Source of the DNA: Eledone cirrhosa
Taxonomy: Eukaryota
NCBI GenBank assembly: GCA_964016885.1
Contig: OZ024741.1
Coordinates: forward strand, 50,902,001-50,966,000
Direction: 5' to 3'
DNA length: 64,000 nucleotides
Part shown: piece by piece, positions 23,401-38,400 of the stretch
How the letters are laid out: every line of letters starts with the position of its first letter
How positions within the stretch are numbered: the first letter of the stretch is position 1
Notes under the pieces: model-generated
What the model was told of the DNA's origin: nothing
Database searches by the model: none
Seen by the model: only the letters and a program-made list of their open reading frames with translations
Program-made: the position numbers and the translations under genes

Positions 23401-26400
23401 GATGGTGGTGGATGGTGGTGTCTATGTATTGTGTGGTTATATTGGTGTAGAGTGAGTTGGCTGATGGTTCGATGGTGGTGGAGGGTGGTATCTATGTATT
23501 GTGTGGTTATATTGGTGTAGAGAGAGTTGGCTGATGGTTCGATGGTGGTGGACGGTGGTGTCTGTGTATTGTGTGGTTATATTGGTGTAGAGAGAGTTGG
23601 CTGATGGTTCAATGGTGGTGGACGGTGGTGTCTATGTATTGTGTGGTTATATTGGTGTAGAGAGAGTTGGCTGATGGTTCAATGGTGGGGGACGGTGGTG
23701 TCTATGTATTGTGTGGTTATATTGGTGTAAAGAGAGTTGGCTGATGGTTCAATGGTGGTGGACGGTGGTGTCTATGTATTGTGTGGTTATATTGGTGTAG
23801 AGAGAGTTGGTTGATGGTTCGATGGTGGTGGATGGTGGTGTCTATGTATTGTGTGGTTATATTGGTGCAGAGAGAGTTGGCTGATAGTTCGATGGTGGTG
23901 GACGGTGGTGTCTATGTATTGTGTGGTTATATTGGTGTAGAGAGAGTTGGTTGATGGTTCGATGGTGGTGGATGGTGGTGTCTATGTATTGTGTGGTTAT
24001 ATTGGTGTAGAGTGAGTTGGCTGATGGTTCGATGGTGGTGGAGGGTGGTATCTATGTATTGTGTGGTTATATTGGTGTAGAGAGAGTTGGCTGATGGTTC
24101 GATGGTGGTGGACGGTGGTGTCTGTGTATTGTGTGGTTATATTGGTGTAGAGAGAGTTGGCTGATGGTTCAATGGTGGTGGACGGTGGTGTCTATGTATT
24201 GTGTGGTTATATTGGTGTAGAGAGAGTTGGCTGATGGTTCAATGGTGGGGGACGGTGGTGTCTATGTATTGTGTGGTTATATTGGTGTAAAGAGAGTTGG
24301 CTGATGGTTCAATGGTGGTGGACGGTGGTGTCTATGTATTGTGTGGTTATATTGGTGTAAAGAGAGTTGGCTGATGGTTCAATGGTGGTGGACGGTGGTG
24401 TCTATGTATTGTGTGGTTATATTGGTGTAAAGAGAGTTGGCTGATAGTTCGATGGTGGTGGACGGTGGTGTCTATGTATTGTGTGGTTATATTGGTGTAA
24501 AGAGAGTTGGCTGATGGTTCAATGGTGGTGGACGGTGGTGTCTATGTATTGTGTGGTTATATTGGTGTAGAGAGAGTTGGTTGATGGTTCGATGGTGGTG
24601 GATGGTGGTGTCTATGTATTGTGTGGTTATATTGGTGTAGAGTTGGCTGATGGTTCGATGGTGGTGGAGGGTGGTGTCTATGTATTGTGTGGTTATATTG
24701 GTGTAGAGTTGGCTGATGGTTCGATGGTGGTGGACGGTGGTGTCTATGTATTGTGTGGTTATATTGGTGTAAAGAGAGTTGGCTGATGGTTCGATGGTGG
24801 TGGACGGTGGTGTCTATGTATTGTGTGGTTATATTGGTGTAAAGAGAGTTGGCTGATGGTTCGATGGTGGTGGACGGTGGTGTCTATGTATCGTGTGGTT
24901 ATATTGGTGTAGAGAGAGTTGGCTGATGGTTCGATGGTGGTGGACGGTGGTGTCTGTGTATTGTGTGGTTATATTGGTGTAGAGGGAGTTGGTTGATGGT
25001 TCGATGGTGGGGGACGGTGGTGTCTATGTATTGTGTGGTTATATTGGTGTAGAGAGAGTTGGTTGATGGTTCGATGGTGGTGGATGGTGGTGTCTATGTA
25101 TTGTGTGGTTATATTGGTGTAAAGAGAGTTGGCTGATGGTTCGATGGTGGTGGATGGTGGTGTCTATGTATTGTGTGGTTATATTTGTGTAAAGAGAGTT
25201 GGCTGATGGTTCGATGGTGGTGGAGGGTGGTGTCTATGTATTGTGTGGTTATATTGGTGTAGAGAGAGTTGGTTGATGGTTCGATGGTGGTGGATGGTGG
25301 TGTCTATGTATTGTGTGGTTATATTGGTGTAAAGAGAGTTGGCTGATGGTTCGATGGTGGTGGAGGGTGGTGTCTATGTATTGTGTGGTTATATTGGTGT
25401 AGAGAGAGTTGGTTGATGGTTCGATGGTGGTGGAGGGTGGTGTCTATGTATTGTGTGGTTATATTGGTGTAGAGAGAGTTGGCTGATGGTTCGATGGTGG
25501 TGGATGGTGGCGTCTATGTATTCTGTGGTTATATTGGTGTAGAGAGAGTTGGCTGATGGTTCGATGGTGGTGGATGGTGGTGTCTATGTATTGTGTGGTT
25601 ATATTGGTGTAGAGAGAGTTGGCTGATGGTTCGATGGTGGTGGAGGGTGGTGTCTATGTATTGTGTGGTTATATTGGTGTAGAGAGAGTTGGCTGATGGT
25701 TCGATGGTGGTGGAGGGTGGTGTCTATGTATTGTGTGGTTATATTGGTGTAGAGAGAGTTGGCTGATGGTTTGATGGTGGTGGAGGGTGGTGTCTGTGTA
25801 TTGTGTGGTTATATTGGTGTAGAGAGAGTTGGCTGATGGTTCGATGGTGGTTGACGGTGGTGTCTGTGTATCGTGTGGTTATATTGGTGTAGAGAGAGTT
25901 GGCTGATGGTTCGATGGTGGTGGAGGGTAGTGTCTATGTATTGTATGGTTATATTGGTGTAGAGAGAGTTGGTTGATGGTTCGATGGTGGTGGATGGTGG
26001 TGTCTATGTATTGTGTGGTTATATTGGTGTAGAGAGAGTTGGCTGATGGTTCGATGGTGGTGGATGGCTGTGTCTATGTATTGTGTGGTTATATTGGTGT
26101 AGAGAGAGTTGGTTGATGTTTCGATGGTGGTGGAGGGTGGTGTCTATGTATTATGTGGTTATATTGGTGTAGAGAGATTTGGTTGATGGTTCGATGGTGG
26201 TGGATGGTGGTGTCTATGTATTGTGTGGTTATTTTGGTGTAGAGTTGGCTGATGGTTCGATGGTGGTGGAGGGTGGTGTCTATGTATTGTGTGGTTATAT
26301 TGGTGTAGAGAGAGTTGGCTGATGGTTCGATGGTGGTGGACGGTGGTGTCTATGTATTGTGTGGTTATATTGGTGTAGAGAGAGTTGGCTGATGGTTCGA

Positions 26401-29400
26401 TGGTGGTGGAGGGTGATGTCTATGTATTGTGTGGTTATATTGGTGTAGAGAGAGTTGGTTGATGGTTCGATGGTGGTGGACGGTGGTGTCTATGTATTGT
26501 GTGGTTATATTGGTGTAGAGAGAGTTGGCTGATGGTTCGATGGTGGTGGATGGTGGTGTCTATGTATTGTGTGGTTATATTCGTGTAAAGTTGGCTGATG
26601 GTTCGATGGTGGTGGACGGTGGTGTCTGTGTATTGTGTGGTTATATTGGTGTAGAGAGAGTTGGCTGATGGTTCGATGGTGGTGGATGGTGGTGTCTATG
26701 TATTGTGTGGTTATATTGGTGTTGAGTTGGCTGATGGTTCGATGGTGGTGGATGGTGGTGTCTATGTATTGTGTGGTTATATTGGCGTAAAGAGAGTTGG
26801 CTGATGGTTCGATGGTGGTGGAGGGTGGTGTCTATGTATTGTGTGGTTATATTGGTGTAAAGAGTGTTGGCTGATGGTTCGATGGTGGTGGATGGTGGTG
26901 TCTATGTATTGTGTGGTTATATTGGTGTAGAGAGAGTTGGTTGATGGTTCGATGGTGGTGGACGGTGGTGTCTATGTATTGTGTGGTTATATTGGTGTAA
27001 AGAGAGTTGGTTGATGGTTCGATGGTGGTGGACGGTGGTGTCTATGTATTGTGTGGTTATATTGGTGTAGAGTTGGCTGATGGTTCGATGGTGGTGGATG
27101 GTGGTGTCTATGTATTGTGTGGTTATATTGGTGTAGAGAGACTTGGCTGATGGTTCGGAGGTGGTGGACGGTGGTGTCTGTGTATTGTGTGGTTATATTG
27201 GTGTAGAGAGAGTTGGCTGATGGTTCGATGGTGGTGGACGGTGGTGTCTATGTATTGTGTGGTTATATTGGTGTAGAGAGAGTTGGCTGATGGTTCGATG
27301 GTGGTGGATGGTGGTGTCTATGTATTGTGTGGTTATATTGGTGTAGAGAGACTTGGCTGATGGTTCGGAGTTGGTGGACGGTGGTGTCTGTGTATTGTGT
27401 GGTTATATTGGTGTAGAGAGATGGCTGATGGTTCGATGGTGGTGGACGGTGGTGTCTATGTATTGTGTGGTTATATTGGTGTAGAGAGAGTTGGCTGATG
27501 GTTCGATAGTGGTGGACGGTGGTGTCTATGTATCGTGTGGTTATATTGGTGTAAAGAGAGTTGGTTGATGGTTCGATGGTGGTGGACGGTGGTGTCTATG
27601 TATCGTGTGGTTATATTGGTGTAGAGTTGGCTGATGGTTCGATGGTGGTGGAGGGTGGTGTCTATGTATTGTGTGGTTATATTGGTGTAGAGAGAGTTGG
27701 CTGATGGTTCGATGGTGGTGGATGGTGGTGTCTATGTATTGTGTGGTTATATTGGTGTAGAGAGAGTTGGTTGATGGTTCGATGGTGGTGGACGGTGGTG
27801 ACTATGTATCGTGTGGTTATATTGGTGTAGAGTGAGTTGGCTGATGGTTCGATGGTGGTGGATGGTGGTGTCTATGTATTGTGTGGTTATATTGGTGTAG
27901 ATAGAGTTGGTTGATGGTTCGATGGTGGGGGACAGTGGTGTCTATGTATTTTGTGGTTATATTGGTGTAGATAGGGTTGGTTGATGGTTCGATTGTGGTG
28001 GAGGGTGGTGTCTATGTATTGTGTGGTTATATTGGTGTAGAGAGAGTTGGCTGATGGTTCGATGGTGGTGGAGGGTGGTGTCTATGTATTGTGTGGTTAT
28101 ATAGGTGTAGAGTTGGCTGATGGTTCAATGGTGGTGGACGGTGGTGTCTATGTATCGTGTGGTTATATTGGTGTAGAGTTGGCTGATTGTTCGATGGTGT
28201 TGGACGGTGGTGTCTATGTATTGTGTGGTTATATAGGTGTAGAGTTGGCTGATGGTTCGATGGTGGTGGATGGTGGTGTCTATGTATCGTGTGGTTATAT
28301 TGGTGTAGAGTTGGCTGATGGTTCAATGGTGGTGGACGGTGGTGTCTATGTATCGTGTGGTTATATTGGTGTAGAGAGAGTTGGCTGATGGTTCGATGGT
28401 GGTGGACGGTTGTGTCTATGTATTGTGTGGTTATATAGGTGTAGAGTTGGCTTATTGTTCGATGGTGTTGGACGGTGGTGTCTATGTATTGTGTGGTTAT
28501 ATTGGTGTAGAGAGAGTTGGCTGATGGTTCGATGGTGGTGGATGGTGGTGTCTATGTATCGTGTGGTTATATTGGTGTAGAGTTGGCTGATTGTTCGATG
28601 GTGGTGGATGGTGGTGTCTATGTATTGTGTGGTTATAGTGGTGTAGAGTTGGCTGATGGTTCGATGGTGGTGGATGGTGGTGTCTATGTATTGTGTGGTT
28701 ATATTGGTGTAGAGAGAGTTGGTTGATGGTTTGACGGTGGTGGACGGTGGTGTCTATGTATTGTGTGGTTATATTGGTGTAAAGAGAGTTGGCTGATAGT
28801 TCGATGGTGGTGGAGGGTGGTGTCTATGTATTGTGTGGTTATATTGGTGTAGAGAGAGTTGGCTGATGGTTCGATGGTGGTGGAGGGTGGTGTCTATGTA
28901 TTGTGTGGTTATATTGGTGTAGAGTTGGCTGATGGTTCGATGGTGGTGGATGGTGGTGTCTATGTATTGTGTGGTTATATAGGTGTAGAGTTGGCTGATT
29001 GTTCGATGGTGTTGGACGGTGGTGTCTATGTATTGTGTGGTTATATTGGTGTAAAGAGAGTTGGCTGATAGTTCGATGGTGGTGGAGGGTGGTGTCTATG
29101 TATTGTGTGGTTATATTGGTGTAAAGAGAGTTGGCTGATAGTTCGATGGTGGTGGAGGGTGGTGTCTATGTATTGTGTGGTTATATTGGTGTAGAGAGAG
29201 TTGGCTGATGGTTCGATGGTGGTGGAGGGTGGTGTCTATGTATTGTGTGGTTATATTGGTGTAGAGTTGGCTGATGGTTCGATGGTGGTGGATGGTGGTG
29301 TCTATGTATTGTGTGGTTATATAGGTGTAGATTTGGCTGATTGTTCGATGGTGTTGGACGGTGGTGTCTATGTATTGTGTGGTTATATTGGTGTAGAGAG

Positions 29401-32400
29401 AGTTGGCTGATGGTTCGATGGTGGACGATGGTGGTGTCTATGTATTGTGTGGTTATATTGGTGTAGAGTTGGCTGATTGTTCGATGGTGGTGGACGGTGG
29501 TGTCTATGTATTGTGTGGTTATATTGGTGTAAAGAGAGTTGGCTGATAGTTCGATGGTGGTGGAGGGTGGTGTCTATGTATTGTGTGGTTATATTGGTGT
29601 AAAGAGAGTTGGCTGATGGTTCGATGGTGGTGGATGGTGGTGTCTATGTATTGTGTGGTTATATTGGTGTAGAGAGAGTTGGCTGATGGTTCGATGGTGG
29701 TGGAGGGTGGTGTCTATGTATTGTGTGGTTATATTGGTGTAGAGTTGGCTGATGGTTCGATGGTAGTGGACGGTGGTGTCTATGTATTGTGTGGTTATAT
29801 TGATGTAAAGAGAGTTGGCTGATAGTTCGATGGTGGTGGACGGTGGTGTCTATGTATTGTGTGGTTATATTGGTGTAAAGAGAGTTGGCTGATGGTTTGA
29901 TGGTGGTGGATGGTGGTGTCTAATATTGTGTGGTTATATTGGTGTAGAGAGAGTTGGCTGATGGTTCGATGGTGGTGGAGGGTGGTGTCTATGTATTGTG
30001 TGGTTATATTGGTGTAGCGAGAGTTGGTTGATGGTTCGATGGTGGTGGACGGTGGTGTCTATGTATGGTGTGGTTATATTGGTGTAAAGAGAGTTGGCTG
30101 ATGGTTCGATGGTGGTGGAGGGTGGTGTCTATGTATTGTGTGGTTATATTGGTGTAAAGAGTGTTGGCTGATGGTTCGATGGTGGTGGATGGTGGTGTCT
30201 ATGTATTGTGTGGTTATATCAGTGTAGAGAGAGTTGGTTGATGGTTCGATGGTGGTGGACGGTGGTGTCTGTGTATTGTGTGGTTATATTGGTGTAGAGT
30301 TGGCTGATGGTTCGATGGTGGTGGATGGTGGTGTCTATGTATTGTGTGGTTATATTGGTGTAGAGTTGGCTGATGGTTCGATGGTGGTGGACGGTGGTGT
30401 CTATGTATTGTGTGCTTATATTGGTGTAGAGAGAGTTGGCTGATGGTTCGATGGTGGTGGACGGTGGTGTCTATGTATTGTGTGGTTATATTGGTGTAAA
30501 GAGTGTTGGCTGATGGTTCGATGATGGTGGATGGTGGTGTCTATGTATCGTGTGGTTATATTGGTGTAAAGAGAGTTGGTTGATGGTTTGATGGTGGTGG
30601 ATGGTGGTGTCTATGTATTGTGTGGTTATATTGGTGTAGCGAGAGTTGGTTGATGGTTCGATGGTGGTGGACGGTGGTGTCTGTGTATTGTATGGTTATA
30701 TTGGTGTAAAGAGAGTTGGCTGATGGTTCGATGGTTGTGGAGGGTGGTGTCTATGTATTGTGTGGTTATATTAGTGTAGAGTTGGCTGATGGTTCGATGG
30801 TGGTGGACGGTGGTGTCTACGTATTGTGTGGTTATATTGGTGTAGAGTTGGCTGATGGTTCGATGGTGGTGGACGGTGGTGTCTATGTATTGTGTGGTTA
30901 TATTGGTGTAGAGAGAGTTGGCTGATGGTTCGATGGTTGTGGAGGGTGGTGTCTATGTATTGTGTGGTTATATTGGTGTAAAGAGAGTTGGTTGATGGTT
31001 CGATGGTGGTGGACGGTGGTGTCTAAGTATTGTGTGGTTATATTGGTGTAAAGAGAGTTGGCTGATGGTTCGATGGTGGTGGACGGTGGTGTCTATGTAT
31101 TGTGTGGTTATATTGGTGTAAAGAGAGTTGGCTGATGGTTCGATGGTGGTGGATGGTGGTGTCTATGTATTGTGTGGTTATATTGGTGTAGCGAGAGTTT
31201 GTTGATGGTTCGATGGTGGTGGATGGTGGTGTCTATGTATTGTGTGGTTATATTGGTGTAGAGAGAGTTGGTTGATGGTTCGATGGTGGTGGAGGGTGGT
31301 GTCTATGTATTGTGTGGTTATATTGGTGTAGAGAGAGTTGGCTGATGGTTCGATGGTGGTGGAGGGTGGTGTCTATGTATTGTGTGGTTATATTGGTGTA
31401 GAGAGAGTTGGCTGATGGTTCGATGGTGGTGGAGGGTGGTGTCTATGTATTGTGTGGTTATATTGGTGTAGAGTTGGCTGATGGTTGGATGGTGGTGGAC
31501 GGTGGTGTCTATGTATTGTGTGGTTATATTGATGTAAAGAGAGTTGGCTGATAGTTCGATGGTGGTGGACGGTGGTGTCTATGTATTTTGTGGTTATATT
31601 GTAGTAGAGATGGCTGATGGTTCGATGGTGGTGGACGGTGGTGTCTATGTATCGTGTGGTTATATTGGTGTAGAGAGAGTTGGCTGATGGTTCGATGGTG
31701 GTGGACGGTTGTGTCTATGTATTGTGTGGTTATATAGGTGTAGAGTTGGCTGATGGTTCGATGGTGGTGGACGGTGGTGTCTATGTATTGTGTGGTTATA
31801 TTGGTGTAGAGTTGGCTGATTGTTCGATGGTGGTGGACGGTGGTGTCTATGTATTGTGTGGTTATATTGGTGTAAAGAGAGTTGGCTGATAGTTCGATGG
31901 TGGTGGAGGGTGGTGTCTATGTATTGTGTGGTTATATTGGTGTAAAGAGAGTTGGCTGATGGTTCGATGGTGGTGGATGGTGGTGTCTATGTATTGTGTG
32001 GTTATATTGGTGTAGAGAGAGTTGGCTGATGGTTCGATGGTGGTGGACGGTGGTGTCTATGTATTGTGTGGTTATATTGGTGTAGAGTTGGCTGATGGTA
32101 CGATGGTGGTGGACGGTGGTGTCTATGTATTGTGTGGTTATATTGGTGTAGAGTTGGCTGATGGTTCGATGGTGGTGGAGGGTGGTGTCTATGTATTGTG
32201 TGGTTATATTGGTGTAGAGTTGGCTGATGGTTCGATGGTGGTGGACGGTGGTGTCTATGTATTGTGTGGTTATATTGATGTAAAGAGAGTTGGCTGATGG
32301 TTCGATGGTGGTGGATGGTGGTGTCTATGTATTGTGTGGTTATATTGATGTAGAGAGAGTTGGCTGATGGTTCGATAGTGGTGGATGGTGGTGTCTATGT

Positions 32401-35400
32401 ATTGTGTGGTTATATTGGTGTAAAGAGAGTTGGCTGATGGTTCGATGGTGGTGGATGGTGGTGTCTATGTATTGTGTGGTTATATTGGTGTAGAGAGAGT
32501 TGGCTGATGGTTCGATGGTGGTGGAGGGTGGTGTCTATGTATTGTGTGGTTATATTGGTGTAGAGTTGGCTGGTGGTTCGATGATGGTGGACGGTGGTGT
32601 CTATGTATTGTGTGGTTATATTGGTGTAGCGAGAGTTGGTTGATGGTTCGATGGTGGTGGACGGTGGTGTCTATGTATTGTGTGGTTATATTGGTGTAAA
32701 GAGAGTTGGCTGATGGTTCGATGGTGGTGGACGGTGGTGTCTATGTATCGTGTGGTTATATTGGTGTAGAGAGAGTTGGCTGATGGTTCGATGGTTGTGG
32801 AGGGTGGTGTCTATGTATTGTGTGGTTATATTAGTGTAGAGTTGGCTGATGGTTCGATGGTGGTGGACGGTGGTGTCTACGTATTGTGTGGTTATATTGG
32901 TGTAGAGTTGGCTGATGGTTCGATGGTGGTGGACGGTGGTGTCTATGTATTGTGTGGTTATATTGGTGTAGAGAGAGTTGGCTGATGGTTCGATGGTTGT
33001 GGAGGGTGGTGTCTATGTATTGTGTGGTTATATTGGTGTAAAGAGAGTTGGTTGATGGTTCGATGGTGGTGGACGGTGGTGTCTAAGTATTGTGTGGTTA
33101 TATTGGTGTAAAGAGAGTTGGCTGATGGTTCGATGGTGGTGGACGGTGGTGTCTATGTATTGTGTGGTTATATTGGTGTAAAGAGAGTTGGCTGATGGTT
33201 CGATGGTGGTGGATGGTGGTGTCTATGTATTGTGTGGTTATATTGGTGTAGCGAGAGTTTGTTGATGGTTCGATGGTGGTGGATGGTGGTGTCTATGTAT
33301 TGTGTGGTTATATTGGTGTAGAGAGAGTTGGTTGATGGTTCGATGGTGGTGGAGGGTGGTGTCTATGTATTGTGTGGTTATATTGGTGTAGAGAGAGTTG
33401 GCTGATGGTTCGATGGTGGTGGAGGGTGGTGTCTATGTATTGTGTGGTTATATTGGTGTAGAGAGAGTTGGCTGATGGTTCGATGGTGGTGGAGGGTGGT
33501 GTCTATGTATTGTGTGGTTATATTGGTGTAGAGTTGGCTGATGGTTGGATGGTGGTGGACGGTGGTGTCTATGTATTGTGTGGTTATATTGATGTAAAGA
33601 GAGTTGGCTGATAGTTCGATGGTGGTGGACGGTGGTGTCTATGTATTTTGTGGTTATATTGTAGTAGAGATGGCTGATGGTTCGATGGTGGTGGACGGTG
33701 GTGTCTATGTATCGTGTGGTTATATTGGTGTAGAGAGAGTTGGCTGATGGTTCGATGGTGGTGGACGGTTGTGTCTATGTATTGTGTGGTTATATAGGTG
33801 TAGAGTTGGCTGATGGTTCGATGGTGGTGGACGGTGGTGTCTATGTATTGTGTGGTTATATTGGTGTAGAGTTGGCTGATTGTTCGATGGTGGTGGACGG
33901 TGGTGTCTATGTATTGTGTGGTTATATTGGTGTAAAGAGAGTTGGCTGATAGTTCGATGGTGGTGGAGGGTGGTGTCTATGTATTGTGTGGTTATATTGG
34001 TGTAAAGAGAGTTGGCTGATGGTTCGATGGTGGTGGATGGTGGTGTCTATGTATTGTGTGGTTATATTGGTGTAGAGAGAGTTGGCTGATGGTTCGATGG
34101 TGGTGGACGGTGGTGTCTATGTATTGTGTGGTTATATTGGTGTAGAGTTGGCTGATGGTACGATGGTGGTGGACGGTGGTGTCTATGTATTGTGTGGTTA
34201 TATTGGTGTAGAGTTGGCTGATGGTTCGATGGTGGTGGAGGGTGGTGTCTATGTATTGTGTGGTTATATTGGTGTAGAGTTGGCTGATGGTTCGATGGTG
34301 GTGGACGGTGGTGTCTATGTATTGTGTGGTTATATTGATGTAAAGAGAGTTGGCTGATGGTTCGATGGTGGTGGATGGTGGTGTCTATGTATTGTGTGGT
34401 TATATTGATGTAGAGAGAGTTGGCTGATGGTTCGATGGTGGTGGATGGTGGTGTCTATGTATTGTGTGGTTATATTGGTGTAAAGAGAGTTGGCTGATGG
34501 TTCGATGGTGGTGGATGGTGGTGTCTATGTATTGTGTGGTTATATTGGTGTAGAGAGAGTTGGCTGATGGTTCGATGGTGGTGGAGGGTGGTGTCTATGT
34601 ATTGTGTGGTTATATTGGTGTAGAGTTGGCTGGTGGTTCGATGATGGTGGACGGTGGTGTCTATGTATTGTGTGGTTATATTGGTGTAGCGAGAGTTGGT
34701 TGATGGTTCGATGGTGGTGGACGGTGGTGTCTATGTATTGTGTGGTTATATTGGTGTAAAGAGAGTTGGCTGATGGTTCGATGGTGGTGGACGGTGGTGT
34801 CTATGTATCGTGTGGTTATATTGGTGTAGAGAGAGTTGGCTGATGGTTCGATGGTGGTGGATGGTGGTGTCTATGTATTGTGTGGTTATATTGGTGTAGA
34901 TAGAGTTTGGCTGATGGTTCGATGGTGGTGGACGGTGGTGTCTATGTATTGTGTGGTTATATTGGTGTAGAGAGAGTTTGGCTGATGGTTCGATGGTGGT
35001 GGAGGGTGGTGTCTATGTATTGTGTGGTTATATTGGTGTAAAGAGAGTTGGCTGATGGTTCGATGGTGGTGGACGGTGGTGTCTATGTATTGTGTGGTTA
35101 TATTGGTGTAGAGAGAGTTGGTTGATGGTTCGATGGTGGTGGACGGTGGTGTCTATGTATTGTGTGGTTATATTGGTGTAAAGAGAGTTGGCTGATGGTT
35201 CGATGGTGGTGGACGGTGGTGTCTATATATTGTGTGGTTATATTGGTGTAGAGAGATGGCTGATGGTTCGATGGTGGTGGACGGTGGTGTCTATGTATTG
35301 TGTGGTTATATTGGTGTAGAGAGAGTTGGCTGATGGTTCGATGGTGGTGGACGGTGGTGTCTATGTATCGTGTGGTTATATTGGTGTAAAGAGAGTTGGC

Positions 35401-38400
35401 TGATGGTTCGATGGTGGTGGACGGTGGTGTCTATGTATCGTGTGGTTATATTGGTGTAGAGAGAGTTGGTTGATGGTTCGATGGTGGTGGACGGTGGTGT
35501 CTATATATTGTGTGGTTATATTGGTGTAGAGAGATGGCTGATGGTTCGATGGTGGTGGACGGTGGTGTCTATGTATCGTGTGGTTATATTGGTGTAAAGA
35601 GAGTTGGTTGATGGTTCGATGGTGGTGGACGGTGGTGTCTATGTATCGTGTGGTTATATTGGTGTAGAGAGAGTTGGCTGATGGTTCGATGGTGGTGGAT
35701 GGTGGTGTCTATGTATTGTGTGGTTATATTGGTGTAGATAGAGTTGGTTGATGGTTCGATGGTGGTGGATGGTGGTGTCTATGTATTGTGTGGTTATATT
35801 GATGTAAAGAGAGTTGGCTGATGGTTCGATGGTGGTGGAGGGTGGTGTCTATGTATTGTGTGGTTATATTGGTGTAAAGAGAGTTGGCTGATGGTTCGAT
35901 GGTGGTGGATGGTGGTGTCTATGTATTGTGTGGTTATATTGGTGTAGAGAGAGTTGGCTGATGGTTCGATGGTGGTGGAGGGTGGTGTCTATGTATTGTG
36001 TGGTTATATTGGTGTAGAGTGAGTTGGCTGATGGTTCGATGGTGGTGGATGGTGGTGTCTATGTATCGTGTGGTTATATTGGTGTAGAGAGAGTTGGTTG
36101 ATGGTTCGATGGTGGTGGAGGGTGGTGTCTATGTATTGTGTGGTTATATTGGTGTAAAGAGAGTTGGCTGATGGTTCGATGGTGGTGGATGGTGGCGTCT
36201 ATGTATTGTGTGGTTATATTGGTGTAGAGAGAGTTTGGCTGATGGTTCGATGGTGGTGGAGGGTGGTGTCTATGTATTGTGTGGTTATATTGGTGTAAAG
36301 AGAGTTGGCTGATGGTTCGATGGTGGTGGACGGTGGTGTCTATGTATTGTGTGGTTATATTGGTGTAGAGAGAGTTGGTTGATGGTTCGATGGTGGTGGA
36401 CGGTGGTGTCTATGTATTGTGTGGTTATATTGGTGTAAAGAGAGTTGGCTGATGGTTCGATGGTGGTGGACGGTGGTGTCTATGTATTGTGTGGTTATAT
36501 TGGTGTAAAGAGAGTTGGCTGATGGTTCGATGGTGGTGGAGGGTGGTGTCTATGTATTGTGTGGTTATATTGGTGTAGAGAGAGTTGGTTGATGGTTCGA
36601 TGGTGGGGACGGTGGTGTCTATATATTGTGTGGTTATATTGGTGTAGAGAGATGGCTGATGGTTCGATGGTGGTGGACGGTGGTGTCTATGTATTGTGTG
36701 GTTATATTGGTGTAGAGAGAGTTGGCTGATGGTTCGATGGTGGTGGACGGTGGTGTCTATGTATCGTGTGGTTATATTGGTGTAAAGAGAGTTGGTTGAT
36801 GGTTCGATGGTGGTGGACGGTGGTGTCTATGTATCGTGTGGTTATTTTGGTGTAGAGAGAGTTGGCTGATGGTTCGATGGTGGTGGACGGTGGTGTCTAT
36901 GTATTGTGTGGTTATATTGGTGTAGAGTGAGTTGGCTGATGGTTCGATGGTGGTGGACGGTGGTGTCTATGTATTGTGTGGTTATATTGGTGTAGATAGA
37001 GTTGGTTGATGGTTCGATGGTGGGGGACGGTGGTGTCTATGTATCGTGTGGTTATATTGGTGTAGAGAGAGTTGGCTGATGGTTCGATGGTGGTGGATGG
37101 TGGTGTCTGTGTATTGTGTGGTTATATTGGTGTAGAGAGAGTTGGCTGATGGTTCGATGGTGGTGGACGGTGGTGTCTGTGTATTGTGTGGTTATATTGG
37201 TGTAGAGAGAGTTGGCTGATGGTTCGATGGTGGTGGACGGTGGTGTCTGTGTATTGTGTGGTTATATTGGTGTAGAGAGAGTTGGTTGATGGTTCGATGG
37301 TGGTGGACGGTGGTGTCTATGTATTGTGTGGTTATATTGTTGTAGAGTTGGCTAATGGTTCGATGGTGGTGGACGGTGGTGTCTGTGTATTGTGTGGTTA
37401 TATTGTTGTAGAGTTGGCTAATGGTTCGATGGTGGTGGACGGTGGTGTCTGTGTATTGTGTGGTTATATTAGTGTAGAGAGAGTTGGCTGATGGTTCGAT
37501 GCTGGTGGACGGTGGTGTCTGTGTATTGTGTGGTTATATTGGTGTAGAGAGAGTTGGCTGATGGTTCGATGGTGGTGGACGGTGATGTCAGTGTATTGTG
37601 TGGTTATATTGGTGTAGAGAGAGTTGGTTGATGGTTCGATGGTGGTGGATGGTGGTGTCTATGTATTGTGTGGTTATATTGGGTTAAAGAGAGTTGGCTG
37701 ATGGTTCGATGGTGGTGGACGGTGGTGTCTGTGTATTGTGTGGTTATATTGGTGTAGAGTTGGCTGATGGTTCGCTGGTGGTGGATGGTGGTGTCTATGT
37801 ATTGTGTGGTTATATTGGTGTAGAGTGAGTTGGCTGATGGTTCGATGGTGGTGGAGGGTGGTGTCTATGTATTGTGTGGTTATATTGGTGTAAAGAGAGT
37901 TGGCTGATGGTTCGATGGTGGTGGACGGTGGTGTCTGTGTATTGTTTGGTTATATTGGTGTAGAGTTGGCTGATGGTTCGATGGTGGTGGATGGTGGTGT
38001 CTATGTATTGTGTGGTTATATTGGTGTAGAGTGAGTTGGCTGATGATTCGATGGTGGTGGATGGTGGTGTCTATGTATTGTGTGGTTATATTGGTGTAGA
38101 GAGAGTTGGCTGATGGTTCGATGGTGGTGGATGGTGGTGTCTATGTATTGTGTGGTTATATTGGTGTAGAGTGAGTTGGCTGATGGTTCGATGGTGGTGG
38201 AGGGTGGTGTCTATGTATTGTGTGGTTATATTGGTGTAAAGAGAGTTGGCTGATGGTTCGATGGTGGTGGACGGTGGTGTCTATGTATTGTGTGGTTATA
38301 TTGGTGTAGAGTTGGCTGATGGTTCGATGGTGGTGGATGGTGGTGTCTATGTATTGTGTGGTTATATTGGTGTAGAGAGAGTTGGCTGATGGTTCGATGG

